Assembly: GCA_964016885.1 (NCBI GenBank)
Contig: OZ024741.1
Location: forward strand, 200,632,001-200,696,000
DNA: 64,000 bases
Source of the DNA: Eledone cirrhosa
Lineage: Eukaryota
Reading direction: 5' to 3'
The position numbers were made by a program, and so were the translations under genes. The notes beneath the pieces were generated by a model. It did no database searches. It was not told the origin of the DNA and saw only the letters and a list, made by a program, of their open reading frames with translations. Shown here piece after piece: positions 14,985-30,660 of the stretch; the stretch's first letter is position 1, and every line of letters starts with the position of its first letter.

Positions 14985-15173
14985 CCGTATTTGATGATAT
15001 ATAGGAGTCCAGGGTGTATAGGACACCCACTTGAATTTAGGCAGAGGATATTAGGGGAAAAAATGCTTGTGTGTTTACGTGTAAGGACTTAATGTTACTG
15101 GTACCTCAATTCCGTATATAAGAGCCGGGTACTATTTTTTGTGGGCTGGAGAATTATATGCCATCAAATACGG
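14985..15173. mobile_element. MITE with CCGTATTT termini (Tc2/pogo-like)
   Basis: TIR ccgtatttgatg / catcaaatacgg with TA on both sides. Confidence 0.7.
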
Positions 15174-15721
15174 TATTTTGATGTATAATATTAATATAGA
15201 AACAATTAAATTTAAAATGGTAAAAAGAGAAGGCGGATCATCCAAATCGGACCCCAAAAACTGTTTCTTTCCATTGTTGATACTATCTGTTGGTCGCAAT
15301 CCTAGTGGCATGAGGCTGAATTGGACCTCAAAACACAGAGTCAGAACAAATACCGCAAGGTGTACTGACTGATATTTTAACGGTCGCATCCCTAAATTTG
15401 GTACTTGATTTATTAACACTGAAAGAATGATAGGCTAAGTTAATAAAATATCGTGAGCATCCATTGATCACCACAGAACGCTAAATCCAAGCTTCAAAGA
15501 AACCCATCCCCATTACCGAATCACATAGAGATCAGTTTTTGTTAGAACGATTGTCCATCTTAAATAAATTTTCCGGTTCGGGTAATTGAACTCAGTTCTG
15601 TGAGAAAACAAACGAATGGTTTCTGATTTAGGCACAAGGCTAACAATTTGGGGGACGAGGGAAATCGATTAAATCGACCCAGTGTGTTACTGGTTCTTTA
15701 TTTTATCACCCTTGTAAGGAA

Positions 15722-16366
15722 GGTCCAGATTATCCCTCGTGGAGTTTGTCAACTCCTTCATTTACCTGGGCTCGACAATCACCAGCAATGGAGACCTCAC
15801 ACCAGAGATCAGCCGCAGAGGTGGTCTGGTCGGTGAGGTCATGCTCTCCCTATAGAAGTCCCTTTGGCGCCACTGCTCTATCTCCCGAAAGACGAAGCCC
15901 CGTATCTACAACGCCTCGGTCCTCTCCGTTCTCCTATTTTGAGCAGAAACGTGGCCCCACCAAAATGACCCTGGCAACGAGGATTGACGGACATCTGATG
16001 GTACCACTACGTTTCCAACAAAGAGTTACGTGCGTGCTCTCAACAGCCCGCAGCTTCCCGCCTCATAGCTATCCGTCGCATGCACTGGTACGGACATGTC
16101 CTCCACCTGCCGCCAGATCATCCTACCAGGGGCTTTCTCTTTTTCGATGCAGCAGCTATGGGCTGAAAGAGGCCCCGCGGCAGGCCTCGCACCAGCTGGC
16201 CGGATATTATCAAAGAAGATATCACCTTGGAGGATGCAGAGGGGCTGGTACGGGACCGCCAGTGATGGAGAGCACTGATGGACCTGGTCCACTCTATGCA
16301 TGATGTTTCCTTTGGGATCACTGACCTAGGATGACACCAGTTTCATCGAGCAAGAAGATGATGAAG
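15722..16366 (+). mobile_element. RTE-like LINE 3' fragment inserted into an older SINE
   Basis: LWRHCSISRKTKPRIYNASVLSVLL..AETW; SINE halves at ~15620-15721 and ~16368-16460. Confidence 0.7.
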
Positions 16367-16477
16367 ACCTAAGGATGAAAGGTAAAGCTAACCTCGGTGG
16401 GATTTGAACTATATGCCGCAAAACATGTTGTCCAACGCTCTACCGATCCTACCTATCCACCATCCTTTCAACTCCTT

Positions 16478-16665
16478 AATAATACTTTCTACTTTTGGCA
16501 CAAGGCTAGCAATTAGCCCAGTGCATTACTGGTACTTTATTTTATCGACCCCGTAAGGATGAAAGGCAAAATTGACCTCGGCGGGATTTGAACTCGGACC
16601 GTAAAGGGCATTAACTCTATGCTGCAAATCATGGCGTCCGAGACTCTACCGATTCTGCCAATCCA
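16478..16665 (-). mobile_element. SINE family A
   Basis: Consensus match. Confidence 0.85.
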
Positions 16666-17569
16666 AGTGTTTGTAGTGGTGAATAATATCGCATACTTAA
16701 ATAAATAAAAAGGAAGCTGTTTTCGGTACAGCTAGAGCCCATAGTCGCTGATAAGACACAACACAGGTTCGTAGAAAAATACTACAACTCACTGATAGAA
16801 TAGAAAATAGATTCGTTCATATATATAAGAGAGATTGGTGAAAAAATACGACACCGATTCGTTGATAGGACAAAACATAGGTAGAACTGACGCCTGTGTA
16901 TTTAACGCCCTAGGGTAGTTCTACAATGGATATCTTCGTCTCCCAGTTATGCGCCCCAATCCGCCAAATAAAATAATTTCAACTTACAATTTGATAAGCT
17001 GTCAAACCTAATTTTTGATACTTCTTGCTCTGATAAATGTAGGACAATTACTACGCCTGCATTTTCCACTACGCTGTTCACATTCACCCACGCTAAATCA
17101 TATGACAGCTGATAAACCTATATGACTCTACTGCTTTGGATATTTCCACAACGCTGCAACACCGCAAATGTATTTAGCGATTTATTTATTAATCACAGGA
17201 AATCATTATATATTTAACTTAATTATACACATTTGTATACATTTGTGATCCTTTGAGGTCCAGTAATGCACCTATCTATCTGAAATGTGTGCCCTAGACG
17301 GCTGCCTGGTTAACCTAGTGTTAGCGCCGGCTCTGAATATACAGTTGTTGACAGAATATGAGCTGTCGGCTTGACGGATAGTTGTCGCATACCCCATCAG
17401 CGACTATGAAAGTAGAACTCAGTTTAGATTTTTTACATGTTGTGCTCCACATTGAACAGTCATTGGGCGGTTTCATAAGCTTGTAGGCCTTTTCTGCGAG
17501 GAGAGGTTGTATGTCCTTCGTTCAGCTCTTCTCTGTTCTCGGAGGAGAGGGCGATGTGAGCGGTCTGTG

Positions 17570-17690
<121 letters not shown>

Positions 17691-19184
17691 ATCCTCCCCA
17701 ACACTTGATTGATTCATTATTGGTTGCCCTCTCCCGAAAGGATGGACCGTAAAATTAACTTCAGTGGGCATTTAACCCAGTGCCAAGGAAGTTGCAACAA
17801 ATACTGTAGGGTGTTCTATCCTACACACTAACAACGCTGCTAATTTTCCGCTTTACATTAAATATATTTAGCACCTATATCTTAGATCTTTAATCTATGC
17901 AGCTAATGAAGGAACCTTCCGTAGTCGCTCGACCTTCTAGAAACAATAACCAAGTTTCCCCCAAGTTCTGTTAACAGTGTTAAAAAGAACAAATTTGATG
18001 GTGTAGGTTATGCTGGTTTCCATATACAGGGACATTTATTACCGTTAATAACACTCCCAGACATGCCAAGCTCGTATTCAACACCGGTGAACTCAAGGAA
18101 ACGCTAAAAGCGAAATTGAACGTATGTTCCATGAACATACAGTCCAAGGCCTTATCCAATCAGTCATTTGCTCCTATTCTTATCGCTATCTTTTAAAAGG
18201 TACAATTCTTTTTAAACCTTGAATTCAACAAGATACTCTCAACACACTATTCACCCAAAAATGAAAATAAAATATTTATGTATTTCCAATTGCCTGCTGC
18301 TCAGTATTCACCGAGAACAAATTTATCGATCTGCAGCATGAGTAATGGGTAAAATAAGATTTTTCTCACAAGGACTTCAAAGCAATAATTCTCAACAGAT
18401 ATATTTATGAAAAACCTTAGTTTTCTCTCTGTAGCTATCGTGTTAAGCTATAGAAAGTTCAATTAACTCTATTTATTCTCCAATATAACAAACAGTACTA
18501 ATTAGGCGCTAGTTTGGCTTGTTCATGTCACGAAGCATTGCAAAAATTATCAATAGGAAACCAAACAAAAACCAAACACCGTTATCATTAGTCAGCTGAA
18601 TGGGATAATTTCTATTTGACACCAGCTTTAAACAAACGTTTTTTTTTCATCCAATAGATGTAGAATCTCATAAATTAACAGCCACCTCAAAACACATTCA
18701 ACGCGAAACATTGACAGATCTGGCAGCTACAGAGTTAACATTTTCAAGATAATTATAATTAATTTCGAAGCTTTTTGGAATACTAAAACTAAAAAAAAAC
18801 ATAATAATAAATAAATAAATAGATAGCAGAGCAGCTACAAGAGAAATGTAAACTAACGAAAACAGACACAGGCATGTAGCACTACGGATAAATACTTAAA
18901 GCATTTATTCTTTCACAAACCTATATCCACACATAAATGCACATACACACATACACACACATACGCGTGCGCACCCACGCACATACACATATAGATACAT
19001 GCACGCACATAGACAATCCCTCATATAAACTGAAGAGTTGCATGTGTCCACTTCTAAAGCCACATGCATATAACACTGAAATACTGAGAAATATGAGCAC
19101 TGATACAACCCAACCACAGACATAGCAACCATTCACCTACCCAATAAGACACTGAAATAGATAACTCCGCGTATGTATATGTAA

Positions 19185-19950
<766 letters not shown>

Positions 19951-20238
19951 TTGTGTAAGTATTTGTTTCAAAGAACGACTAAACTATAGTTCAACTAGAC
20001 AGATTTCCGTAGGTTCAAACGGGGGTACATATTAGTAAAGAGCTATAGTAAAACACTGTAATGGTTATTTATTCCATGCACTCTATTACGACGTAATTTC
20101 ACAAATCGTGTTCGGAGCCAAGCGTGGGTGTTAATGTCGCTGTTTATGTAATAAATATTTCTTGTCCGGCAAGAACTGATTGCTGTACTTTTTAGTCTGT
20201 TGATGTGTGTTGATAGTAAAAGAAAACAGATACCACAT

Positions 20239-20303
<65 letters not shown>

Positions 20304-20754
20304 AAGTACACATAAAAGAAAAGAAATTAAAGTTGTTACCAAACTAAGAACGCGGCGCAGTCTGAAAGTTACGTATAAACCAATTTCCCTTCATGTGTAA
20401 TCATTGAGGAAAGACGAGTGACACAATAATTACCATCTCACATGTAGGGATGTTGTACACAATATAAATAACAAAATCAAATATATATCTCTTATTTTAT
20501 TACGTCTATTTAAAGTTTATGGCGAGGTTTGGAACAAATTACAACGCAAAAACATTTCTGCCAATTCGCCACTTGAGTATGCATAGTCTCGTAACTCCTG
20601 AGGGGAGTCATGGGGGCGCCATGTTGATATACAGCATTTCTATAGTGCATTTTAAAACTTGGCGGAGCTCAACCCTCTTCAGGTCTGAATACAGCAGGTT
20701 TCTTTCAGAGAAGGAAAGAGAGAGTGAGAGAATGAAAGTGAGAAAGAGATGGAG

Positions 20755-21160
20755 TACTAGATTGGTACTTTTTTATCGACCTCGAATGGATGAAATGCAA
20801 AGTTGACCTCGATGCGATTTGAACTCAGAAAGCAGAGAGTCGAAACGAATACTGCAAAGCATTCTATTCGACGTTCTAACGACTCTGTTAATTTGAGGCC
20901 ATATTGACACGTGAGTAGTTTAGTAAAATAATAATATATTCGTTTCCTGAGGAGATATATTGATTTCTAAAACACAAGGCCAGAAAATTTGGTGGCAGAG
21001 CAAAGTTGATTAAATCAGCTCCAGTATTTGACTGGTATTTTATTTTATTGATCCCGGAAGGATGAAAGGCAAAGTTGACTTCGACGGGATTTGAACTTAG
21101 AATAACAAATACCACAATGTTATTTTATGGGACGCTCAACCAATTATGTCAATCCACCAC
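20755..21160 (-). mobile_element. Two older, diverged family-A-related SINEs
   Basis: Core ggatgaaaggcaaagttgac..gatttgaact at ~20790-20830 and ~21060-21100. Confidence 0.7.
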
Positions 21161-21178
21161 GGTATTTGTTAATTTTAC

Positions 21179-21290
21179 GTTCTTCAGCGAGGTGGGCTGC
21201 GATGCCGGGGTTTGTGGCCGAAGTGACTAAGTTGGAGGTGGAGAACGTGTCGCAGCAGGTGGCGTCCCAGATGAGGGATCTACCTCCTTC
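21179..21290 (-). mobile_element. Short internal fragment of a CRE-like LINE endonuclease domain
   Basis: GGRSLIWDATCCDTFSTSNLVTSATNPGIAAHLAEE; DNA similar to 50250-50350. Confidence 0.7.
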
Positions 21291-21869
21291 GAATATGAGA
21301 TATTATATTTCAACCACATGTATAGGCATCATTAAAGTAGACATAAAGTAAAAATAAGGTAAGTTAAGTCTATGAATAGATGAACAAATGAACAAACGTA
21401 GGACAACTGAAAGGGCCAGGAATGTAATCGCTAGGGAATAATGACTAAACGAAACCACACTTAAAACTTGAACATCATTAACATCTCAGATATAACTATA
21501 TCTAATTATCGGTAGGTAAAAAAATACAGCTGTCACTCAGAATTAAGTATGACTTGGTAATATATGACATGCTTTCGTTAAGGGTTTTAAGTGACCATGC
21601 AATTGGGAAGAAACACTGACACTTTCTCCACTCTTACTCTCGAAATCCAGCGGAACATGCAGGATGTGACAGCTGGAAGAAGAGAGGGCTGCACTAGCAC
21701 TAGTCTGGTAATTTATTTCTCGATCCCGAAAGGGCGGAAGGCACAGTCGTCCTCAGCGGAATTTGAACTCAAAATGCAGAGACCCAGAACAAATATCCAA
21801 CTCCCTAACGACTCTGCCAGATCGACACCTAGTGCGGTGGGTGCTACTGATATTAAGAAGAAGAAAAAA

Positions 21870-22200
21870 GTATATTTAAACACATTTAATCAAACTTAAC
21901 ATTAATATATTAATACATTGTTGAACTGAAAACAAAAAAAACATTTAAAGATAAACTAGAATGCATAGAAAAAACCCCCATAGAAAAACAATCACTCCTA
22001 ACAAAAGAAAAGGTCATTTGAACCAAACGATTCTTCATCATGAATGTGATGTCATGAAACATAGTCCAACATCTTTGGAAGTGCATCAGAAAATATTTCC
22101 CCACCAACCTCAAGTACAACGAATAAAGCGTAAAAATGAGTAATAATTGTGTTACAAATATCGCAAATCTCAGACACAAAGAACAAGATTAAATGCGCTT
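21870..22200 (+). mobile_element. Decayed Naiad-like PLE linker fragment
   Basis: FKDKLECI, IRKYFPTNLKY and KMSNNCVTNI parallel HKNRLEYI, EKNFPPNHKY and KFSYSTTNNI of the 4.8-6.5 kb element. Confidence 0.5.
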
Positions 22201-23251
22201 ACACACGAATAAAACTATACCACCCTCCAAATGCAACTACAATACATCATTAAGCTATAATGTGTGTTAAAAATGCTGTAGTATTTAAAGCAGCCAAACA
22301 TTAACTGATTAAACATTCAATACAGGAGCGGAGAGTATAGAAATTAATTATCTATGTCGGAAAGTGACAGTGACTTAAGAGTTTCGGTTTGGTTGCGTCA
22401 TCTTAATATGTATAACGCGATGTCACGTGTTTGTTTGTTTTTTTAGTTAACACGCTCTATCATGCTGGAAGAAGAAAGCAGTGGCTGTATCGAGTGAAGT
22501 GAAAGGAGGAGAAAGAAAAATACAGAGTAAATAGATAAATAGATGTGTAATAGATTAACAGAATAAGAGAGGAAGAAAAATAACCAGCAGTCAACAGTAA
22601 TGAAGATACCTTTCTTTATTTGCCACAACAGCGCACAAAAAATGAGACATTACAAGACGTGTGTTTTACAAGGCGAGTGTTTTACATAAAAATCATATGA
22701 CATTAATAAATAACTATATATAAAATAAAATAACAATCGAAATCCCCAATAGTGGGGAACGTTACTGCGGGATTGTTTTACACTCCGTAGATAGAACAAC
22801 CCTGAACACCAGGAGCACGTTTTGTAGGTGTTCCTGTCTTCCCTCTGTTTGTCTTCCTCAACCTACAGGCTTGTATACAGATGAAGATAGCCATGCCATT
22901 AGATAGGGAAATATATAGAGAGATGGAAAAAACGTGAGGGACGTGGTAGTGAGTACAAAAAGGAGAGCTCGAAAGAAGAAAGAAGTGGTCAACAGAGAAA
23001 GAGAATTAAAGAGGTATTGTGATAAAATAATGAGTATAGGGAGAATGAGAATGACACAGAGAATGATAAAAATGAAAGAGAGAGAGAGAGAGAGAGAGAT
23101 CAAATAAGTGTGTGTGTGTTGAGGTGAGGGGACGTTAACAAATAGAGTGAAGAGATGGAGGCAAATGTTCAATTAGTGTAGAAAATTGAGGCAAAAATAT
23201 TCACGGAGGGCGGAAGAGAAGATACAACCATGAACAGGAATAAGTCATGAG

Positions 23252-23429
23252 AATAACTGTTTCTACTTTTGGCACAAGGCCAGCAAATACCCAGTGCATT
23301 ACTGGTACTTTATTTTATCGACCCTGTAAGCATGAAAGGCAAAGATAACTTCGGCGGGATTTGAACTCAGAATGGCAAGGGCCGTAACTCTAAGGGTCAA
23401 AGCATGGCGTCCGACCCTCTACCGATACT
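23252..23429 (-). mobile_element. SINE family A
   Basis: Consensus match. Confidence 0.85.
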
Positions 23430-23702
23430 GTGAAGAGTTGAGGCTAACGAAAAAAAAAAAAATGAAATACAAAACTAGAACAAAACGAGGAAAAAATGTA
23501 TTAATCATTATAGAAAGAAGGCTCATAAATTTGATGGGTTTTACAGCATTAAACGGTCTATCTATCTATCTATCGATATTTATATGTATGCAAAACTCAA
23601 AGAGAAATGTCAAAGTAAACGACACAGTACAATGAAAACATATATTAGTTTTACGCTTGATATAATAGAAAAAGAGTATATATGTATGTGTGCGTGTATA
23701 TG

Positions 23703-23764
<62 letters not shown>

Positions 23765-24062
23765 GGTGGTGTATTGGACCAATTCGACGACGCATGTACC
23801 CGTTGCTTCAATCAACAGTACAGCCTGCTCATGAAATTTACTTGCAAGTGGCTGAGCATTTCACGTATACCATAGGGTGTTTGAGCGCAACACATTTGCG
23901 ATAAGGCTGTCTTTTTGAATTACAGTTACAACTCATTTTTTCTGCTGCATGGACTGGAGCAGCGTGAAATAAAGGGTTTTGCTTAACAACACACCACCGT
24001 GAATCGAACTCACGACGCTACAATCGTAGATAGAATAGTTCAACATTTAATTCGTGCACCTT
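23765..24062 (-). mobile_element. Older tRNA-derived SINE, family B-related
   Basis: cagcgtgaaataaagggttttgcttaacaacacac..gaatcgaactcacgac; relatives at ~30815-31105 and ~45650-45800. Confidence 0.65.
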
Positions 24063-24073
24063 CACATACACAC

Positions 24074-24225
<152 letters not shown>

Positions 24226-24232
24226 GTATATA

Positions 24233-24432
24233 TAGGGTCGGCTGCAAAGTTCAAGGGTTGACCAAGATACTCTCATTGAATGATCAAACGAGATTTATTT
24301 TTCAACATCATAGTCCCTGGAAAGAAACAATGCGGTTATTAATAAGAAGAGTTGAAATTAATGCATGCAAGATTTCACAGCTCTAGCACTACTCTGTCAT
24401 AGTCAGTTTATGAATTTCTCAGCCTATCCTCG
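24233..24432. mobile_element. Mariner-like MITE
   Basis: Imperfect TIRs tagggtcggctgcaaagttca / tgaatttctcagcctatcctcg followed by TA. Confidence 0.5.
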
Positions 24433-24814
24433 TATGCCATAAATATAGATCAAAATAAAAATATTTCAATCATATTACAACTCAATGGTTATACAGGTTT
24501 GAATACTTCTTTTGTGGAACTTTATTTATACAAATTATATTTAGGTATAATAATATATAGTGTATTAAATGATAGCATAGCAAGCAAAGAATAGATTTAA
24601 AAGAAAAACATAATTATACTTACAAAAAACATGTTTGGACGGAGGATTCGTTTGACCAACAAATATATCAATTAACATTGCAGCATTCGTTCCTGCTCTC
24701 TGAGTTCAAATTCTGCTAAGGTCAATTTTTGCCTTTCATCCTTTCGAGTCTAAAGAAAGTACCAGTCCAGTATTTGGATCGACTCTTCATTTATAATTCT
24801 TTCTCACTTCTGTC

Positions 24815-24900
<86 letters not shown>

Positions 24901-24909
24901 GTGTGTATA

Positions 24910-24941
<32 letters not shown>

Positions 24942-24949
24942 CACACATA

Positions 24950-25340
24950 CAATAAGGAAGCGTGTACACTCGAAATCAAATGCCTGATGAATGATCGTAT
25001 ATAAATGCGATGTAAATGACAACCCAAAAACATATATCGGAATGACATCTACCAATTTTAAGACCTGGTGGTATGCCCATACTCAGTCCTTCAGAGGACC
25101 GGACAAATCCAATGAAACGACACTAACCGCCTTCATCGGGGACCTCAAGAGGAACTCCACCCCCTTCACGTTCAAATAGAAAATACTCCAGAGAGCGGGC
25201 TCAAATGTAAGCGGATATAAGTGCTGCAACCTTTGTATATGGAAGAGCTACGTAATATTATTTGCCAAGACCCCGACCCTACACAAACTCTCTGAACACT
25301 GCCTGAACAGAATGCACAAAAACTATGCGATAGCTTCAAA
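24950..25340 (+). mobile_element. Naiad-type PLE GIY-YIG fragment
   Basis: IVYKCDV..KTYIGMTSTNFKTWWYAHTQSF..ETTL..KILQRA..KCCNLC. Confidence 0.8.
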
Positions 25341-25537
25341 AAACACTTCACTCGACATAGTATCCGTTACCTCTCCCTCACACCTCTCCCTAACCACAAC
25401 CTACGCCCTCTTTCGGTCCGTCTTATAGTACTTAGGTTATGTAAGCGAGTGTGTATGTTTATAATTATGTATATATTTGTTTATATCCACATGTATGTTA
25501 GGGCATTTTTATATACACACACCTATATATATATACA

Positions 25538-25753
<216 letters not shown>

Positions 25754-25919
25754 TGCGCGTATATAAAAATGTGTGGGTGTGTGTGTGTGCATATATGCGA
25801 GGATATGTATGGGTGTATGTATATATATATGCATATATTTGTGTATGCATGTGCGTATCTCTGTATGTATGTATATGTGTATATATATATATATATGTGT
25901 GTAGATATATATGCATATG

Positions 25920-25962
<43 letters not shown>

Positions 25963-26481
25963 GTGTGTGTGTGTGTGTTTGTGTGTTGTGCAAGAGTGTT
26001 GTTTATCTTAGTTATTACGTAGTAACCTCTTGATGATAAACATGTCTTAGCGAACAAAGCACTACACGTCAGTAGTTTATCCCAGGTAAGTGATAATTAG
26101 TGGATTGACGTGCTTGGCCACCGGCATATCACAATGATTGCATAACTGTATCTATGATTACGTAAGAATCTGACGAACTCAAATAAATAACCATGTAACA
26201 GAAATATATATAATGCAATAAACAGTTATGGTCATTTAATCCCGTCTTAATTACCATTATTTGATATATATGTATGTATATATGTATGTATGATTGTATG
26301 TCTGATTGTATGTCTGATATAACACCTGCAACCCTGATGGTATCCAATGATGTTGACTTGTTAAATATTTGGTAAATATCATCTTGGTTAAGAGAGTGGG
26401 ACTGGATTTGTGCAGTGCCTTTGCTCACTCTGGAGATCTCTCTGCACTATCGAATGGGGGACAGCAGAAGCATGGGGGATA

Positions 26482-26525
26482 ACTGTCTATGCATTTCGAT
26501 CGTAAATGGTCCTCATCAGGACAAT
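26482..26525 (-). ncRNA. Minimal type I hammerhead ribozyme
   Basis: Minus strand: attgtc-CTGATGA-ggaccatttacgatc-GAAA-TGCA-TA-gacagt; flanks homologous to the 30617 HHR. Confidence 0.8.
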
Positions 26526-26847
26526 GATCCTCTCTTCCTACTGCTGTACTTGGAGGCAGGCGAAAATATATAGTTTTTTATTCGAAATTCGTATACATAT
26601 TTGTATACAGCTATGTCGATGCTAAATTCTAATTTTTTTTTAAGTTGAGCCAACTTATACTGCTTCGTATGCAAATGAGGCTAATCAGCCCATTTACACA
26701 GACCAAAAAACTATATATTTTCGCCTGTCTCACAGGTAAGGGTTGGCACAAATACCGAATTGAATATAGCGAGTTTGACCTTTTCACCTACCTCCCTTCT
26801 GATTACCGACCTGCCCCTTTTCACAAATTTCTGGTTGTGTGCCATTA

Positions 26848-26984
26848 GTTACGGTCCTTGCCATTCTGAGTTCAAATCCCGCCGAGGTTAACTTTGCCTT
26901 TCATCCTTACGGGGTCGATAAAATAAAGTACCAGTAATGTACTGAGTAATTGCTGGCCTTGTGCCAATAGTAGAAACAATTATT
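26848..26984 (+). mobile_element. SINE family A (5'-truncated)
   Basis: B-box, core and tail match the consensus. Confidence 0.85.
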
Positions 26985-27957
26985 AGAAGAAATGATTTAT
27001 TCAGTTCATTGTTATATGTATACTGAAAACCAATGATTTAATGAACCAATTATAGAACCACTGTTTTTTAAACATACCTGGCCTTAGCCACTTAATAATA
27101 TACTCAAATGAAATCTTTATATTTTCGATTAAATAATTCAAAATGCTACTGGGAATCTTGAGTTCGTCTTGGAGTGCTTTTACATCCTGACTGGTCCCAG
27201 TTCAACAACTAGTACCAGTCAAAAAGGAAGAGAATGTTAATACTATAGTTCCAATATGGCTCTTCCTTGGTTTAAATTCAACGCACAAATATGAAAAATA
27301 ACTAGACAGATTCCTTTATATTTCATTTCGAAGCCATCACCCATATTCCAACATGTTTATTAAATAAGAGAAAATGATTTGCTATGTATAAGAAATTACA
27401 AAACTATACTGTATTTTCAATACTAGTCTAGAACGGTTTCACTATTACCACTATTATCTGCAGCGGGAAAATTAGTCTGCTTATAATGGTGGTTGTGGTG
27501 ACGGTGAAGATGATGATTATGATGATGAAGCAGTAGAAGAAAAAGGTTAAGTAGTAAGAGTGACAAAGTCAGAAGCAGCAGTAGAAGTTGTTACAACAGC
27601 TTGGACATTACTACATTACTACATTATTTCCGTCCATAAAAATCCTTCGATCAGTCACATACTGTAAAGCGGGTTCTCAAATAGGTTGCGACAAATAATA
27701 ACTGTTCTCTGTTTTCGGATTTTCAGGTAATTATGGTTTGACGAAACCCTTCAATTACACTAAATAAGCTCCCAAAGGAACAAGAGCATCAATAAAAAAA
27801 AAAGCACTCAGAAATCCTGTGATTTCCTTGGAAGTCAAGTCACGTTTGTCACACCCCCGTACGTCAAACCGCTAAAGTAACTTGATTCGCATTCCATATA
27901 AAGATAATGACACATATTCTAAGCGATAAATTTAATATTCACAGGCAAAAGTGAAGA

Positions 27958-29015
27958 TGTATGTATGTATGTTCTTCTGGTTTTATAATTTCACAAAGTT
28001 TTCCCAATAGAGAGAGAGTCGGTTTCTAACATAGACACAAGACTCTCTCATTGGAATTTACACAACATCAACTAGGTAGGTATGTATGCATGCATGTGTA
28101 GATATGGATGTTATTGTATGTGTGGATGTGTATGTTTTGAGTTGTATGTGTGCATGTGTATATGCTTTGCATCTGTATATGTGTATATGCAGTTATTAGA
28201 TGCAAAATCTTTGGAATGTCATACAAATTTTTACTGTTCCATTAATGGATTGTACTTGTAATTTCCTAGCTAGTTGTGTTCTTTCTGTTCCTGTGAAGCC
28301 TAGCTTCTCAAGATTTGTATTGGGGCAGTTACTAACATATCCCAGTGCCCCAATAATCACAGCACATAAATCTGAAGGTGTAATCAGGGTGGAGTATCTG
28401 CAGATTTCTCATCAGTTCTGCATAAATGTTCTCCTTTTCACTAATCTTTGATATTATATTGGCATCTGCTGGGCAGTTAACTTCCACTACTGTGCATGCT
28501 TTCTTCTCCCTGTCCCATATCTGGTCTGTTATGCCTGCATTTTATTGGGGTTTTTACTGGAACATTCCACCAGTACTCTTTCATATTATGTATATGGATG
28601 TCTTCCATATTACTGTAGCTTTTAATGTGTTTATTATCGGAGTTATCTTTTTGTATGTATGTATGTATGTATGTATGTATGTATGTATGTATGTATGTAT
28701 GTATGTATGTATGTATGTATGTATGTATATGTGTTCTTCTGGCTTTATAATTACACAAATGTTTGCCAATAGAGAGAGAGTCAGTTTCTAACATAGTTAC
28801 AAGACTCTCTCATTTGAGTTTACACAACATCAACTGGGTAGATATGTATGCATGTTATTGTATGTGTGGATGTGTATGTTTTGAGTTGTAAGTGTGCATC
28901 TGCATACGCTTTGTATCTGTACATGTGTGTATGCAGTTATCAGATGCTACATTTTTGGAATGTTTTACATATTTTTATTGTTCCATTAATGGATTGTATT
29001 TGTAATTTCCTAACT
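27958..29015 (-). mobile_element. Two tandem 3' fragments of an R4/Dong-like LINE separated by (TATG)n
   Basis: KEYWWNVPVKTPIKCRHNRPD..NLEKLGF..KLQVQSINGTVKICMTFQRF; 27960-28272 is repeated at ~28725-29015. Confidence 0.75.
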
Positions 29016-30260
29016 AGTGCTTTACTGTTACTTTATTTTAACGAGCCCGAAAGGATAAAAAGTAAAATTAACATCGGTTAAATTTGTACTCAGAACGGAA
29101 AGGGACGTAACTATATACCGCAAAGCATATTGTTCGATGCTCTACCAATACTGCCAATCCACCGCCCTTTGCCAGTTAAATAATATTATAGAAACTATCA
29201 TGTTACAGATATATCTCAGTCAATTCTGACATCTCAACACGAATGTAGTCTCTATAAGATGTTTACTGGTAATGTTGCCAACTAATAAGATAGTTACAAA
29301 TTCTTTATATTTAAAACATTTTCCGAAACGTTATCGGCAGAATTACTGAGTTAATATCGATTTCTGACTTAGGGATCAATCCATAAATTGTAGATGAATA
29401 TGTGGTATCGGGTAACATTCCTGTTTTATTGAGAAATTAAGTTGTGCAAGTGAAGAGGCTTCAAATAAGACCAGACATCGCATCACGAAATCGGCCTGTC
29501 AAGAAGCCACTTTTGCTCAACGAAGCTTTCCATACCTACATTCATATCAAATCTATTGTGGTAACAAACTAAACATTATATTCTGTAAGTAAATACATAG
29601 CTAGACAATTTGTGCAACATATCAGACATCGTAAAAATATAATTTTTTATTACTGAAATACGTCAGTCATCAATGTCTGATGATTTCGAAGTTGTTGCTT
29701 TGGATTGGTTCTATTAGCACAAATATCAAGGATTGAAAATTTATTAGAAAAATAATAGTAGTTTTATAACATTCAGTTCCGTGCAGGACGGATAAATATG
29801 CACTTAATATCAGTGTATGTATGTGTTGTTGCGGGTGGGGATGTATTATTGTATACTAAAGTGAATACGACTAATGAATAGAAATTAAAACCTTATCGAA
29901 ATGAAAATGCCGTTTAACTTACGTAAATACATGATAGAGGTTTCCGTGTTTAAGCGATTATCATTTTTATATGTAATAATAATTTATCTATATTGCTAAC
30001 TTTGAAATACAACACCATATAGAATGTTGCGCTGCTACTAACCAAACTATATAATTATCTAAATATGTAGGAAGTCAATAAATATATAAATAAATAAATG
30101 AGTAAATAAGTGAAGTTAATGAATAAATAGCTAAAAATAGATAAATGCGCACATAAACATCCATGAGTATGTAATTGAGAAAAGCTGTAGTTTAAAACAT
30201 AAACGCAATCTATTGTGAAATGTTTGGCAGATATGTTGTGGTTGCTGCACACACACATGC

Positions 30261-30291
<31 letters not shown>

Positions 30292-30295
<4 letters not shown>

Positions 30296-30478
30296 TGTTT
30301 CTACTTTAGGCACAAGGCCAGCAATTATCCAGTTCATTACTGGTACTTTATTTTATCGACCCCGTAAGGATGAAAGGCAAAGTCAACCTCGGCGGGATTT
30401 GAACTCAGATCGTAAAGGGACGTAACTATGCTGGAAAGCATGGCGTCCGACCCTCTACCGATACTGCCAATCCGCCGA
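30292..30478 (-). mobile_element. SINE family A in (TAA)n
   Basis: Consensus match. Confidence 0.9.
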
Positions 30479-30616
30479 CTAATAATAATAATAATGATAC
30501 TATTTATAGTTATGTATATACTATAAACAGGACAGGACAGTAATTTCCTACTACCTTATTACCAGTAATATATTCTCGTCTGTCTTCTAGCCCAGCAGTC
30601 GCAAGCGGTGGGAGGG

Positions 30617-30660
30617 ACCGTCCTGATGATGGTCAGTTAAGCCTGAAATGCATAGACGGT
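30617..30660 (+). ncRNA. Minimal type I hammerhead ribozyme
   Basis: accgtc-CTGATGA-tggtcagttaagcct-GAAA-TGCA-TA-gacggt; perfect 6-bp stem I. Confidence 0.85.
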
